Shown here in pieces: positions 30,005 through 40,003 of a stretch of 64,000 nucleotides of DNA. The notes below the pieces were generated by a model, which was not told the DNA's origin, ran no database searches, and was given only the letters and a program-made list of their open reading frames with translations. This DNA is from Nitrosopumilaceae archaeon (lineage in GTDB: Archaea > Thermoproteota > Nitrososphaeria > Nitrososphaerales > Nitrosopumilaceae). Each line of letters starts with the position of its first letter. Position 1 is the stretch's first letter. The stretch spans positions 32,001-96,000 of the forward strand of contig OZ242365.1 of NCBI GenBank assembly GCA_965208905.1, read 5' to 3'. The translations under genes were made by a program, and so were the position numbers.

Positions 30005-30961
30005 ATGAATGGAGACCAATTAAACCGATACTCCAGGCAGATAATGTTGGACGATATAGGAATGGATGGCCAACAACGACTCATGGAGTCGAGAGTTACT
30101 GTGGTTGGGGCCGGTGGACTTGGCACACCCATACTTACACACTTGGTCGCGATGGGTGTGGGACATGTCCGGGTGGTTGACCGGGACATCATCGAACTTA
30201 CAAACCTTCATCGACAGACACTGTACTCTGATGTGGATATCGGTTCGCCCAAGGTTGACGCGGCAGCGTCAAGGTTGAGGAGACTTAATGCCAATGTAGA
30301 TATAAAAACGGTACCAGTATCAGTGAACCGGAGATCTGCACGGTCGGTGGTTGACAAATCTGACATTGTGATAGATGCGCTTGACTCGGTAGACGCTAGG
30401 TATGCACTGAATGAAGCATGTGTTGATCTTGGCATACCGTTTGTTAGTGGCGGCGCCGTAGGTACATCCGGACAGGTGTTTATAGTGGTACCTGGCAAGA
30501 CCGCGTGCTATGAATGTGCGTTTCCCGGTCTGGATGAGGATCAGATGCCATCATGCGGCATTGAAGGGGTGAATCCGGCAATACTGAGTGTTATTGGCGG
30601 TATGGAGGTGGCTGAAGCCGTTCGTATACTGTGTGGATTGGAGCCGGCCACACTAGGTAGTGTTTTGCACATCAATATAGCCACGGCCGACTTTATCAAG
30701 ATACGTATGGATCGTGTGGAGGAGTGTCCCGCATGTGGGAGTGGTACAAGACGTTCGGTGGAGGACGGCTACATCACCGAGGAGTTGTGCGGTAGAGGCG
30801 GAAAGAGGACGTTTGCCATCTCGCCACCATCGCCGCGTAAAATACTACAAGCAGATGACAGGTTAAATGTTACAGAGGGTGACGGCTCGGCCATAATAAC
30901 CGGTTGTCCCACAGAGGAGGAGGCAATTGACCTGTACGAGCAGCTGACCGCACCTGCTTGA
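30005..30961 (+). CDS. MoeB/ThiF (E1-like) adenylyltransferase
   Basis: RYSRQ, GAGGLG, NLHRQ, CYEC, CPAC. Confidence 0.92.
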   Translation: MNGDQLNRYSRQIMLDDIGMDGQQRLMESRVTVVGAGGLGTPILTHLVAMGVGHVRVVDRDIIELTNLHRQTLYSDVDIGSPKVDAAASRLRRLNANVDIKTVPVSVNRRSARSVVDKSDIVIDALDSVDARYALNEACVDLGIPFVSGGAVGTSGQVFIVVPGKTACYECAFPGLDEDQMPSCGIEGVNPAILSVIGGMEVAEAVRILCGLEPATLGSVLHINIATADFIKIRMDRVEECPACGSGTRRSVEDGYITEELCGRGGKRTFAISPPSPRKILQADDRLNVTEGDGSAIITGCPTEEEAIDLYEQLTAPA

Positions 30962-31119
30962 TTAGAATAGCTACCAAATCTACATGATGACATTGGGTTT
31001 TACAGTACCTCTTGTAAGTTGCAACAATTCGACCTCAATCTTTGTTGGTTCAAACCTATATTGCCAGCTATATGGCGTTTCGGGGTATGTCCCACTAGTA
31101 TGGCGCCTCAATTAATATT

Positions 31120-32594
31120 AGAGTTTATGCGTAATTGCACAACTTGGCAGCATTGGGCGGTCCCGGCCCGTTCTGGCCGGTATCGCCCACCCCGGTACAG
31201 CTCATCGGCTCACCGCCGACGGAATTCTGGCGTTCCAGTTTGTGCGCCCCCGACAGATGCCATTCGGCATCTGCACTACGGCTCTCTAACAGCCGCATGA
31301 TGTTAAGGAGTGTAATTCTCCGACCATGCGTGAGTGTGCGGTCGGCGGCGGCCTCTTTCAGCAGCCGTGTTATGTGATATAATGTGGGGTCTGACGGTAC
31401 AGTAGTATGACACATCAGGGCCAATATGGTACGAAATAGTATGTTGGCACCCGCGTTGGCATCCCGTTCCCTAATTGTACGACATGTATGGCACCACATG
31501 TCGCGAGTAGGTATTTTACCGGTATTTGTCCCGATATGTTTTAGACTGCCGCCGCACTTGAGACATTTCGCGGACGTATGATACGGTTCGATTCCTATAC
31601 ACGGCAGACCCTCAGACTCGGCTGCGTTTTTGAGGGCGTTCTGTCTCTGGCCCGTATTCAGTGTGGATTTTGTTTTGCCACGCACAAATGGCGATATTTT
31701 ACCGTTTTTGGTGTACAGTCGGTGTATGCTCAACGTTTCATGCCCTATGCCGTACCCGGAATTGGCCATCTTCCGGGCTTCCACACATACATCATTATGG
31801 ATGCGATTTTTGTATACGCTCCATGCCTTGTTTGTGTATTTTGTTATGATGCGGTTATCACTACGCCGCTTCACCTTTAGCATCTTACTATATGCCTTGT
31901 TATATTCATGTGCATTGCGGTTGGGCTGCATAACTACAGTGCCATCAGCAAATGCATAGGTGTTGTTTTTGGCATTCATGTCCACACCGGCCCAGGATAT
32001 GGGCTCGCGATCCAGAATATCTTCCTTGTATGTAATGTGTATCTCATTATACCTTAACAGTACAGTCTTTGGCGTTCTGCCAGGCTTGGTGAGCTCATCT
32101 ACCACATATGGTGGTACAGGAAAGGCCAGCCATAACTTATCTGGACGACCCCTGCCGTATATGGGTACATGTATTGATGGTGTACCGTTCCACCGTTTTG
32201 ATGTATTATCAAATGCCAGCTCGAACCTATCTGTCTGCGCTACAGGGTTGTGATAGTGTGGGGCACATGCATGCACATTAATCAACTGATTCGTACACCA
32301 TGCCTTGTGGTTTCCATGCACGTTTTGTATTATATAGTCGGCGAAGCGCGAGTGGTATACGCCGGTATGGTGCACCGCCATACGATATAGTTTCTTGCCG
32401 CGCACACCCCTGCGTAATGCCTTCGCAGTATGATTGGATGCCGCCCCCACATAATGTAACAAACCGCCCAAAAGATGCCCGTTGCCATGTGTTACATGGA
32501 TGGTGCGCATTATTGTACCCATGCATATGATATGTGGTTTGTGGTATTTATATGTACGGTATTATACCTTATAATTCGATTACGCATAAACTTT
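31120..32594 (-). mobile_element. Non-autonomous TIR cassette carrying tnpB (family C)
   Basis: TIRs AGAGTTTATGCGTAATTG (31120-31137) and revcomp AAAGTTTATGCGTAATCG (32577-32594), 16/18; TSD at best degenerate (TTAATATT vs ATTGTATT). Confidence 0.8.
31125..32522 (-). CDS. tnpB: TnpB family C
   Basis: GVDMN, GHETL, CLKC..CHTC, ERDANAGANI; stop lies within the TIR; TATAAATA upstream. Confidence 0.85.
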   Translation of the reverse strand: MGTIMRTIHVTHGNGHLLGGLLHYVGAASNHTAKALRRGVRGKKLYRMAVHHTGVYHSRFADYIIQNVHGNHKAWCTNQLINVHACAPHYHNPVAQTDRFELAFDNTSKRWNGTPSIHVPIYGRGRPDKLWLAFPVPPYVVDELTKPGRTPKTVLLRYNEIHITYKEDILDREPISWAGVDMNAKNNTYAFADGTVVMQPNRNAHEYNKAYSKMLKVKRRSDNRIITKYTNKAWSVYKNRIHNDVCVEARKMANSGYGIGHETLSIHRLYTKNGKISPFVRGKTKSTLNTGQRQNALKNAAESEGLPCIGIEPYHTSAKCLKCGGSLKHIGTNTGKIPTRDMWCHTCRTIRERDANAGANILFRTILALMCHTTVPSDPTLYHITRLLKEAAADRTLTHGRRITLLNIMRLLESRSADAEWHLSGAHKLERQNSVGGEPMSCTGVGDTGQNGPGPPNAAKLCNYA

Positions 32595-32622
32595 ATTGTA
32601 TTGGTGATGTGAATAGTCAAAC

Positions 32623-33423
32623 ATGATCTTGATAAAGTTGGGAGGCTCAGTTATTACAGACAAGTCTGTTCCACTCTCGTTTAGCAAGGATGTGGTATAC
32701 AAGATGGGCGAGGCCATATATGGCCTATCTGAATCTGAACCTGTAATCTTGGTGCACGGCGGTGGCTCATTTGGGCATTACTATTCTGTACAATACGACA
32801 TGCATACTAAACCCAGACGGTACAGTCTGGATGGATTTGCCATTGTCCGTAATTCCATGGTAAAACTGAACAGTCTGATACTTGATGTACTGGCGCAGTG
32901 CGGTTTGAGAACATACTGCTGCCCACCATCCGTACTGGTGTATAGTAATGATGCCCCGTACCATGATGGTAGTATAACAAACAAATACAATGCAATACCT
33001 GAACGGGTGCAGGAGTTGCAGACCATTGCAAAATCTGGCATGTGTCCTGTATTGTACGGCGATGCTATGTGGCACAAAGACAAGATGTCGTATATACTGT
33101 CCGGCGATGTTATTATGTCGATGCTCTCAGAGATGCTACACCCACGATTGGCAGTATTTACAATGGATGTGGATGGTTTGTATACATCCATGGAGTCTAA
33201 AAAGATCATACCAAAGGTGGACGCTCAAAGACTAGCTGAATTTAATATTACTGATGATACGCAAAAAAACGACGTGACTGGAGGCATGGTTAGAAAGGTA
33301 CGTGCGGCCACGGAGATATCCAGCAATGGTGCTGATGTATTCTTTGTAAATGGAAAGAAACCAGACCGGCTCACCAACATACTACATAACAAATATGCAG
33401 GTACATACTTTTCTTCAGACTGA
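32623..33423 (+). CDS. Isopentenyl phosphate kinase (amino acid kinase family)
   Basis: KLGGSVITDK, HGGGSFGH, SGD, DVTGGM. Confidence 0.88.
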   Translation: MILIKLGGSVITDKSVPLSFSKDVVYKMGEAIYGLSESEPVILVHGGGSFGHYYSVQYDMHTKPRRYSLDGFAIVRNSMVKLNSLILDVLAQCGLRTYCCPPSVLVYSNDAPYHDGSITNKYNAIPERVQELQTIAKSGMCPVLYGDAMWHKDKMSYILSGDVIMSMLSEMLHPRLAVFTMDVDGLYTSMESKKIIPKVDAQRLAEFNITDDTQKNDVTGGMVRKVRAATEISSNGADVFFVNGKKPDRLTNILHNKYAGTYFSSD

Positions 33424-34077
33424 TGTAAAGGCATACGCCAACTCTTCAAGAATCTGCAAGGGGTCATCGGCTTTGACCACGCCACTGGCGACTAGTATAC
33501 CACTGGAGCCTAACTTTAGAGCCGTACTTACATCTGAACCATTGACTATTCCGGCACCACATAGTAGTTTGGTCTGTACGTTTAGCTTATCTATACTACT
33601 ACGTGCATCCCGTATCAATGCTGGCTGCTGTGTGGATATGGATTTACCTGTACCAATAAGTTCTGGCGGTTCTATGGCTACATAGTCTGGTTCTAATTTG
33701 GCACATGTTATGGTTTCATCGACAGTCTGTGTGCAGACTACCGATACCATGTTTAGTTTGTTTAATGCGTCTATGATCTTTGTTATGTGACTTAGGGGCA
33801 CTCGATGTTCGCTGTGGTTTATTATGGCTCCATATATGCCTGAATTTTTTAACAGAGTTGGTACTATGTGTCCTGTGGAGCTACCAGGTTCAGCAATATC
33901 TACATGTTGAGCCATTATCTTGGTATCAAGATCAGATAGCCATTTGAGCAGATGCTGGGGTGGCGCTATGACTATCTCTGTACCACTGGCACGGGATATA
34001 TTATATGTGCTCTTGACAAACTCTCTTGTGTCATCATCTGACATTTTGGTATAGTTTTTGCAGTTTATCAATAACAT
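33415..34077 (-). CDS. tpiA: Triosephosphate isomerase, archaeal type
   Basis: INCKNY, NHSEHR, AIEPPELIG, CGAGI, ASGVVK. Confidence 0.95.
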   Translation of the reverse strand: MLLINCKNYTKMSDDDTREFVKSTYNISRASGTEIVIAPPQHLLKWLSDLDTKIMAQHVDIAEPGSSTGHIVPTLLKNSGIYGAIINHSEHRVPLSHITKIIDALNKLNMVSVVCTQTVDETITCAKLEPDYVAIEPPELIGTGKSISTQQPALIRDARSSIDKLNVQTKLLCGAGIVNGSDVSTALKLGSSGILVASGVVKADDPLQILEELAYAFTSV

Positions 34078-34157
34078 TGTACTATTGTGGTGTATGATCC
34101 TCACTTATAGAGATTGTGTGTATGTGACATTGTTGTAAATTCGGCTGATGAGATATA

Positions 34158-35267
34158 TAGTTAGGTGCATAAATAACCCGACACCAGTTTTACACCGGCA
34201 GGATTCTGTCCAAATTTCTGAACAGAATATTGCGCGGATCAAACTTTATTTCCAGTGACTCGTATATCAGCATGATTTTTCTTCGGAAATATCTTTTGGC
34301 CGGCCGCCTGAAAGTTCGCCGTATCCTTGCCTTGCCGTTGAGCCATAACCATTCGGCTGGATTTAAAAACGGCGAGTATGGAGGCAAGAATATCAGTTTG
34401 ACGAAATTATTATTCTTTTTCAAGTATCGCTTTACACGACTAGAGTTGTGATATGCGGCATTGTCCAGTATTACGGCAACCTTGCCGAACCGTTTTTTTG
34501 TCTTGTTTAAATACCTGATAAAGGACCTGTCGTTGGCCTTGCTAGCGGCCATATAGCATGTCTGCCCGTCCAGCGTGATGCCGCCGTATATGGTCTGGCG
34601 CTGGTTGCCGAGTGGTGTTTGTACCGGTATGGCATCACCGCGTGTATAGACTGCGCCGCTGCCAAACATGCTCAAATTTTGGTGGCTTTCATCCGACATT
34701 ATAGGCGTGAATCCGTCTTTTTCCAATGTTTCTATCTCATTTTTGGCATCTTTCTGCCAGATTTCGAGATCTTTCCTTGGTGGAATTCGGTCGGATATCC
34801 GGGGAGTCTTCCGTATGGTAAACCCAAGAGACCTAAGGATACGGCGCGCTTGCGATTCGCTGTATTTTATGCCGGTCTTTTTCTCAGCCAGTTTAACAAA
34901 TCCGTAGGCGGTGAATTGTTTGGTATTGTTAATTATATTCTCTAATGTGTGGCGCGGTACGAAAGATGGACGGCCAGGCCTCGCACCATCGGCGAGGCCA
35001 TCCAGGCCTTTATGGTCGTAGACATTAAGCCAATCATATATGGTGCTACGATCTACACCAAGCACATCCGCTGCCGCAGAGACGGTATATCCTTTAACGC
35101 GCACCATATTTACGGCTACGATACGGGCGTATTGCGTTGTACTCTTAGTCTGTTTTAGGGCAGCCTTTATTTTTTGGGCATTAGTTTGGTTATTCATATA
35201 ATTAGGTAATAATTTTGATCATTTATGCCTTTCTAACAGAATGTAGGATTATTTATGCTCCCAACTA
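34158..35267 (-). mobile_element. IS630-family element, copy A
   Basis: TIRs TAGTTAGGTGCATAAATAA / TTATTTATGCTCCCAACTA, flanked by TA. Confidence 0.9.
34190..35197 (-). CDS. IS630 transposase
   Basis: HTH, RPGRP, DESH, LDNAAYH, LPPYSPFLNPAE. Confidence 0.93.
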   Translation of the reverse strand: MNNQTNAQKIKAALKQTKSTTQYARIVAVNMVRVKGYTVSAAADVLGVDRSTIYDWLNVYDHKGLDGLADGARPGRPSFVPRHTLENIINNTKQFTAYGFVKLAEKKTGIKYSESQARRILRSLGFTIRKTPRISDRIPPRKDLEIWQKDAKNEIETLEKDGFTPIMSDESHQNLSMFGSGAVYTRGDAIPVQTPLGNQRQTIYGGITLDGQTCYMAASKANDRSFIRYLNKTKKRFGKVAVILDNAAYHNSSRVKRYLKKNNNFVKLIFLPPYSPFLNPAEWLWLNGKARIRRTFRRPAKRYFRRKIMLIYESLEIKFDPRNILFRNLDRILPV

Positions 35268-35488
35268 TAACCAAGTAATAGCTTCGTTTTTGAGATATTA
35301 TTTATCACAAATACAGGTTTATTGGCATACTCAAAACAACCATGTACATGCTTAAGACGAAATGAAAAATCGTTGTTCTGAAGCTGTAACATGAAGCATA
35401 ATGCCATCAGTCGGATTTGCAACAATGCCTCGGCACAGCATGCGCAAATCCATAATGTACACCATAATGTGGTCAGACATTTTTTTAA

Positions 35489-38400
35489 CTAATAAAAATA
35501 TTGATCCAAAGACGTCTGTTTTGGTTTACCTAACACTGACTCAAAGTCCATGTTTAATGGGGCCATTATTTGATCTAATGTTGACTCCATAAATTCAAGA
35601 TACTTCTTTACGTCTATATCTTCTGGCTTTGCCATGGATAGCGGCTTTACGCCGGTACGGCTGTTGGTCTTGACATATGATATTATGGTGCCACGTTTGA
35701 TATCTTTATTATTATCCAAAAGTTTGGCGGCCCTTACGTGCTGTGGTATGGTCTTTGTGTAATCTTCTAAATTCCTGCTCAGCATAATATTGAACGCCAA
35801 CTCTTTCATGGGTATAGTCTGGTCTTCCAGACGTTTTGCACTCTCTGCTATCTTTGTTGATATGGAATTCCGGGCTAACTCAAACTCATTTTGGTCTTGT
35901 ACTGATGAGAGTATGCCTGTTATGTCAGTAAATAATGTCTTGATAAATTGTGGTGTGTGGGATTTTTTACCTGTTAAACCTTTGACATCTACCCACCCTT
36001 CTTTTAATACGCCAAAATAATTCTTTTTTCTATTAGACAACACACAATATCGGTACTCTTTGTCTACTTCTAAATCGACACCATGGTTCTTTTTGGCTGT
36101 GTCTATGACATGTTTAATCTGTTCTTCACTGGGATTCTTTAAGAATAGAGAGTCTGTATTGTGTAGCAGAATATTGCCAATACCTCCACAGAAATGATGG
36201 TTTGCAGTTTCAACATCATATACATAGTCGTTTGCATCCTGTACTGTAATACTCTTAATTTTATGCGGATTTGTAATGTTGTGCAGCCCTAGTGTAATTC
36301 TTATTATGCTCACAGACGATATATCAAATGAGTATGCGATACCTGCCATGTCTAATATAGTGGTTATATGTTGTATAATGTAACACTCGTCTTGCTTGAT
36401 GTCTATGTGATTACTGTGTTGTCTTTGATACTGTTCTATGCCACTAGTAAATATTTTATTGTCATATTCTAAACAGTGTGATTTTAAAATATTAGATGTA
36501 TAATCAAGCAGAGTGCCACGGCTTGTACTAATCTCTGAAATACACGCTGTAATAAAACCACACCAGTATGCCACCTTCTCTGGAACATCAATCTTGTATG
36601 GTGTATTGTGTAATGGAAATTGATTTACTGTATCTCCATTACACAATTCGGTGGGTTTTGTCTCTCTATTATTTATGACGAGGCTGTGATCTTCGGTACA
36701 TTGCACAAAACCCGTGTTGGTAAGTATGCTGTATATCTTCTTTTGAGTCTTGTGTCTGTATACGTGTTTTATCTGTTGAAAGCCATTTTCGGTCCATATC
36801 TGGATATTATGTTTAGTAATAATATTGAATAACTCTTCAATGGGAATTATCTTTATGGTATTATTCATTAATATCGTAACGGGTGTACTTCCCACAACAC
36901 TATCTCCATACAACACCTTTATTCCTGCATCATCGCATAGCTTGGCAGTCTCTTGTATGGTGTATCTGCCCACGGCGGTCGTGGCTTCTGCTGCAGGTAA
37001 AAAGTATAATGGAAATATCTGAGCTCCCATTACACCATAGCTGGCGTTTAGTATTACTTTAAGCGCTTGCGTAATTACTGCATACTGTTGTCTGTCTTGT
37101 TCGCTGACATCTGGCGATTTGGATAGTGTCTTGTAGTAGTTTACGCGAAGCTCGCGTAGTGATCCTATAATCAAAGCAGTTAGGCCATTCTTTTTACCAC
37201 ACACCCAATGTTTGGTCTTTGGTATGGTGTTTTTTTGACATTCGGGGTGCGAGCATCGGACGGTCTCATACGACAGATTCTTCACCTTTATTATGCTGGG
37301 ATATAGGCTTGCAAAGTCCATGACAACGACCGTAAAGTGTACCCCCTCTATGGGCTCTATGACCAACCCACCACGATATTTTTTATCTTTAATTACCGCA
37401 TCTGCTGTGACATCTTTAGAGCGTTCTTGCAGCTCACTCTGTTGTGGAATCAGTGCATTCATCTTGCGATGCTCAAAGTATAACAAACTACGAATCCACT
37501 GTGAGACTCCTAGACGTGCTATATCATCAACAGGCATCCTACCTATTCTGCTTATTATAATCAATAAATTCATCAATAAATTATTATTAAATGTAGTAAG
37601 CTTTAGTGTAATTCTAGCATCATTCCAACAGTAGTTGGCAGTCTCGTATAGTGTTAGTTCATTTAATTTTTTTCCATAGTCTATCTTTTTTTCGCCTATT
37701 AGAGCTTCGGCCACCGCATCCAAACCAAACGTATTGTACTTTCCAGAGAATGCATATATCTGGAATGACCTATTCGACATGGTACGATACAAATCCAGAT
37801 GTACACCCTCTTTTAGTGTGGCAGAGTTCTTCATCATGTATAGTGGATTATCGCTGTCGGGAATTCCCAGCCGTTTAGCCCTATAATACAGGTATGGTAA
37901 ATCAAATTCATCCCCATTATACGTTAATAAAAATGGAAAATCCTTCATTATGTCAAACGTATCCTGTATCATTGTTTTTTCATCGGCGTAAAATTTTATT
38001 TTTACATCAGAGTTTAGTTCATTATTCCCACGTGTGACACCGGTCTCCAAAACAAATACCTGACTGAAGTTATCCGTGCCATCAAAACCAACCGCCGTTA
38101 CTTTTTTTTCAGCTAATTTAGGATCTGGTATACGTCCCTCATCTGCATCCACCTCTATGTCTACAGCAACCCGTCGTATGGGTGGTATGGGTTGGTTTAG
38201 GAGATTGGCCCACTCATTTATGAACTCCTGAAACTGCTTTGTATCCACCATCTCATCACTGGCTATATTGTCCCAGAGAAGAGATTTTAGTGCCATTTTG
38301 ATATCTTTAGATATATTTTCATCTTGACTGTGTATCCTTGAATCTTTTATAGAGTAGTATTTACCAATTATGAGTCTCTTGTCATACAGATAGTTTTCAT

Positions 38401-38773
38401 AATACTTGATGTCCGACTCCCATGTGTTTATTACATTTCGTATACTTTTATCGCTGTTTGTGCCACCTATTGCTAGAGGGTCTTCGGTGATTATCTTTGT
38501 CATTGTCACCTGCTGGTCCTTTGCCAAATCTTGTAGTGTAAAAGGTACCACATCAACTATGTCAGAACGATCACCTAATTTTATGCCTACCTCTTGAGGA
38601 GTCAAATCTGTGTAACAGTACGGTTTGTGCCCTGTAGTGTCATTCCATAGTATGATCTTTTTTGATTCTGGCTCGTAAAACTTTAAGACCGCCGACTTTG
38701 CCACACCGTCGTATGTGGCTGAGACCAGCATGGACCGGGGAACGTCTTTGGCTTGTATCGTATTAGACGACAT
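35489..38773 (-). CDS. polB: Family B DNA polymerase containing one intein
   Basis: DIEVD, YNGDEFD, DFASLYPS, KVILNASYG, YGD|intein|TDS, C-terminal PIP box QTSLDQYF. Confidence 0.95.
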   Translation of the reverse strand: MSSNTIQAKDVPRSMLVSATYDGVAKSAVLKFYEPESKKIILWNDTTGHKPYCYTDLTPQEVGIKLGDRSDIVDVVPFTLQDLAKDQQVTMTKIITEDPLAIGGTNSDKSIRNVINTWESDIKYYENYLYDKRLIIGKYYSIKDSRIHSQDENISKDIKMALKSLLWDNIASDEMVDTKQFQEFINEWANLLNQPIPPIRRVAVDIEVDADEGRIPDPKLAEKKVTAVGFDGTDNFSQVFVLETGVTRGNNELNSDVKIKFYADEKTMIQDTFDIMKDFPFLLTYNGDEFDLPYLYYRAKRLGIPDSDNPLYMMKNSATLKEGVHLDLYRTMSNRSFQIYAFSGKYNTFGLDAVAEALIGEKKIDYGKKLNELTLYETANYCWNDARITLKLTTFNNNLLMNLLIIISRIGRMPVDDIARLGVSQWIRSLLYFEHRKMNALIPQQSELQERSKDVTADAVIKDKKYRGGLVIEPIEGVHFTVVVMDFASLYPSIIKVKNLSYETVRCSHPECQKNTIPKTKHWVCGKKNGLTALIIGSLRELRVNYYKTLSKSPDVSEQDRQQYAVITQALKVILNASYGVMGAQIFPLYFLPAAEATTAVGRYTIQETAKLCDDAGIKVLYGDSVVGSTPVTILMNNTIKIIPIEELFNIITKHNIQIWTENGFQQIKHVYRHKTQKKIYSILTNTGFVQCTEDHSLVINNRETKPTELCNGDTVNQFPLHNTPYKIDVPEKVAYWCGFITACISEISTSRGTLLDYTSNILKSHCLEYDNKIFTSGIEQYQRQHSNHIDIKQDECYIIQHITTILDMAGIAYSFDISSVSIIRITLGLHNITNPHKIKSITVQDANDYVYDVETANHHFCGGIGNILLHNTDSLFLKNPSEEQIKHVIDTAKKNHGVDLEVDKEYRYCVLSNRKKNYFGVLKEGWVDVKGLTGKKSHTPQFIKTLFTDITGILSSVQDQNEFELARNSISTKIAESAKRLEDQTIPMKELAFNIMLSRNLEDYTKTIPQHVRAAKLLDNNKDIKRGTIISYVKTNSRTGVKPLSMAKPEDIDVKKYLEFMESTLDQIMAPLNMDFESVLGKPKQTSLDQYFY
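36158..36901 (-). mobile_element. Intein, 248 aa, at PolB motif C (pol-c site), degenerate endonuclease
   Basis: Starts SVVGSTP, block B CTEDHSL, block F YVYDVET, ends LLHN followed by extein Thr. Confidence 0.93.
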
Positions 38774-38776
38774 GGG

Positions 38777-39289
38777 TTACTCCACATGAGTGGATGCCAG
38801 CCTGTTTATCCATCGACTTATACGTGCCCTATCCATTAAAGTGGTCTCTACACCTGCGTCTCTAATCAGAGAGTTTGTATCTTGTGAATACTCTGTCATG
38901 TATACTATACGTTTGATTCCTATTGTAACGGCCAACTTTGTGCATTGTAGACACGGAGACAAAGTGCTGTATAATGTAGCTCCATTGGTGGTACTAATTC
39001 CCAGCATTGAGCAATGTATTATGGCATTGGCCTCAGCATGTGTACACATACATCTGTCTAGTTGCTCACCGGATTTGATCTTTCCCTGTACCCTATCGTG
39101 GCATCGTTTACACCCACCATCGCAACAGTTTGTTATTCCTGGTGGTGTTCCGTTGTATCCTGTTGCCAACTGCCTATTTCCTTTGGCAATGACGGCGCCT
39201 ACCTGTCTGGCGATACAGTTAGAGCGCAAGCTTGCTAATTCTGCTTGAATCATAAAGTATTCATCCCAGTCTGGTCGTTCAAACTTCAT
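38777..39289 (-). CDS. dCMP deaminase family protein
   Basis: RPDWDEYF, GYNG, HAEANA, PCLQC. Confidence 0.9.
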   Translation of the reverse strand: MKFERPDWDEYFMIQAELASLRSNCIARQVGAVIAKGNRQLATGYNGTPPGITNCCDGGCKRCHDRVQGKIKSGEQLDRCMCTHAEANAIIHCSMLGISTTNGATLYSTLSPCLQCTKLAVTIGIKRIVYMTEYSQDTNSLIRDAGVETTLMDRARISRWINRLASTHVE

Positions 39290-40003
39290 TGTATTGTGTA
39301 GTATATCTTTAAGATATATTTCATTTGTTGTATGGGTTCCCCTCCAAAGTTTAATGCTAGTTAACTAGTGAATAAGGTTGAATTACGATCTTTAATAGCT
39401 TAAATTATTACAATAGATATGTTGTGTAGTGTGAAACCCCAAAACAACGAACCTTGGTATGTTGTCTTCATAGAACTGTATAATCTATGTGATGTATGGA
39501 TTTTGAGGAGACTGCATCCAAACTGAAAAAGAGTATCGCGGAGGCTGATGGATTAGGTTTAGATGATGGGGATGTGCTTCGTGATGAGGCAAAGCTCCTA
39601 CGGATGGTGAGGCGGAATTTCAAAAATGCATCCGGAAAGGATCTCTAAACTATGTAGAAAACTAGAAGGTATAAACCAGAGATTAAACAAGGACTATGAT
39701 GAATATGATCATATCACATTACGTATAGCCGAGCATTATAATAATATAGAATTATTACGGCAGGATCGAAGCCGAGTCCGTCACACAAAAACAGATATCT
39801 ACAGTTCCACCCTCAAGATGGAAGTAATAATCCAGCATAATGACATCAACAAGTGATAATTTGTAGTGTGGTCTTTTCACACGCATCGACTTTTCATAGA
39901 CTTCCGGCACTTAGTATGAGCATTTGAATGATGTTCTATTCAGTCTAATTCCCTGATATTTTGTGTAATAACTAATTAATCGGGTATACTATCTCTGATT
40001 GTA

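Noticed and set aside
39497-39856. Two short overlapping helical ORFs
   Set aside because: Possibly one frameshifted gene, but no recognisable motif
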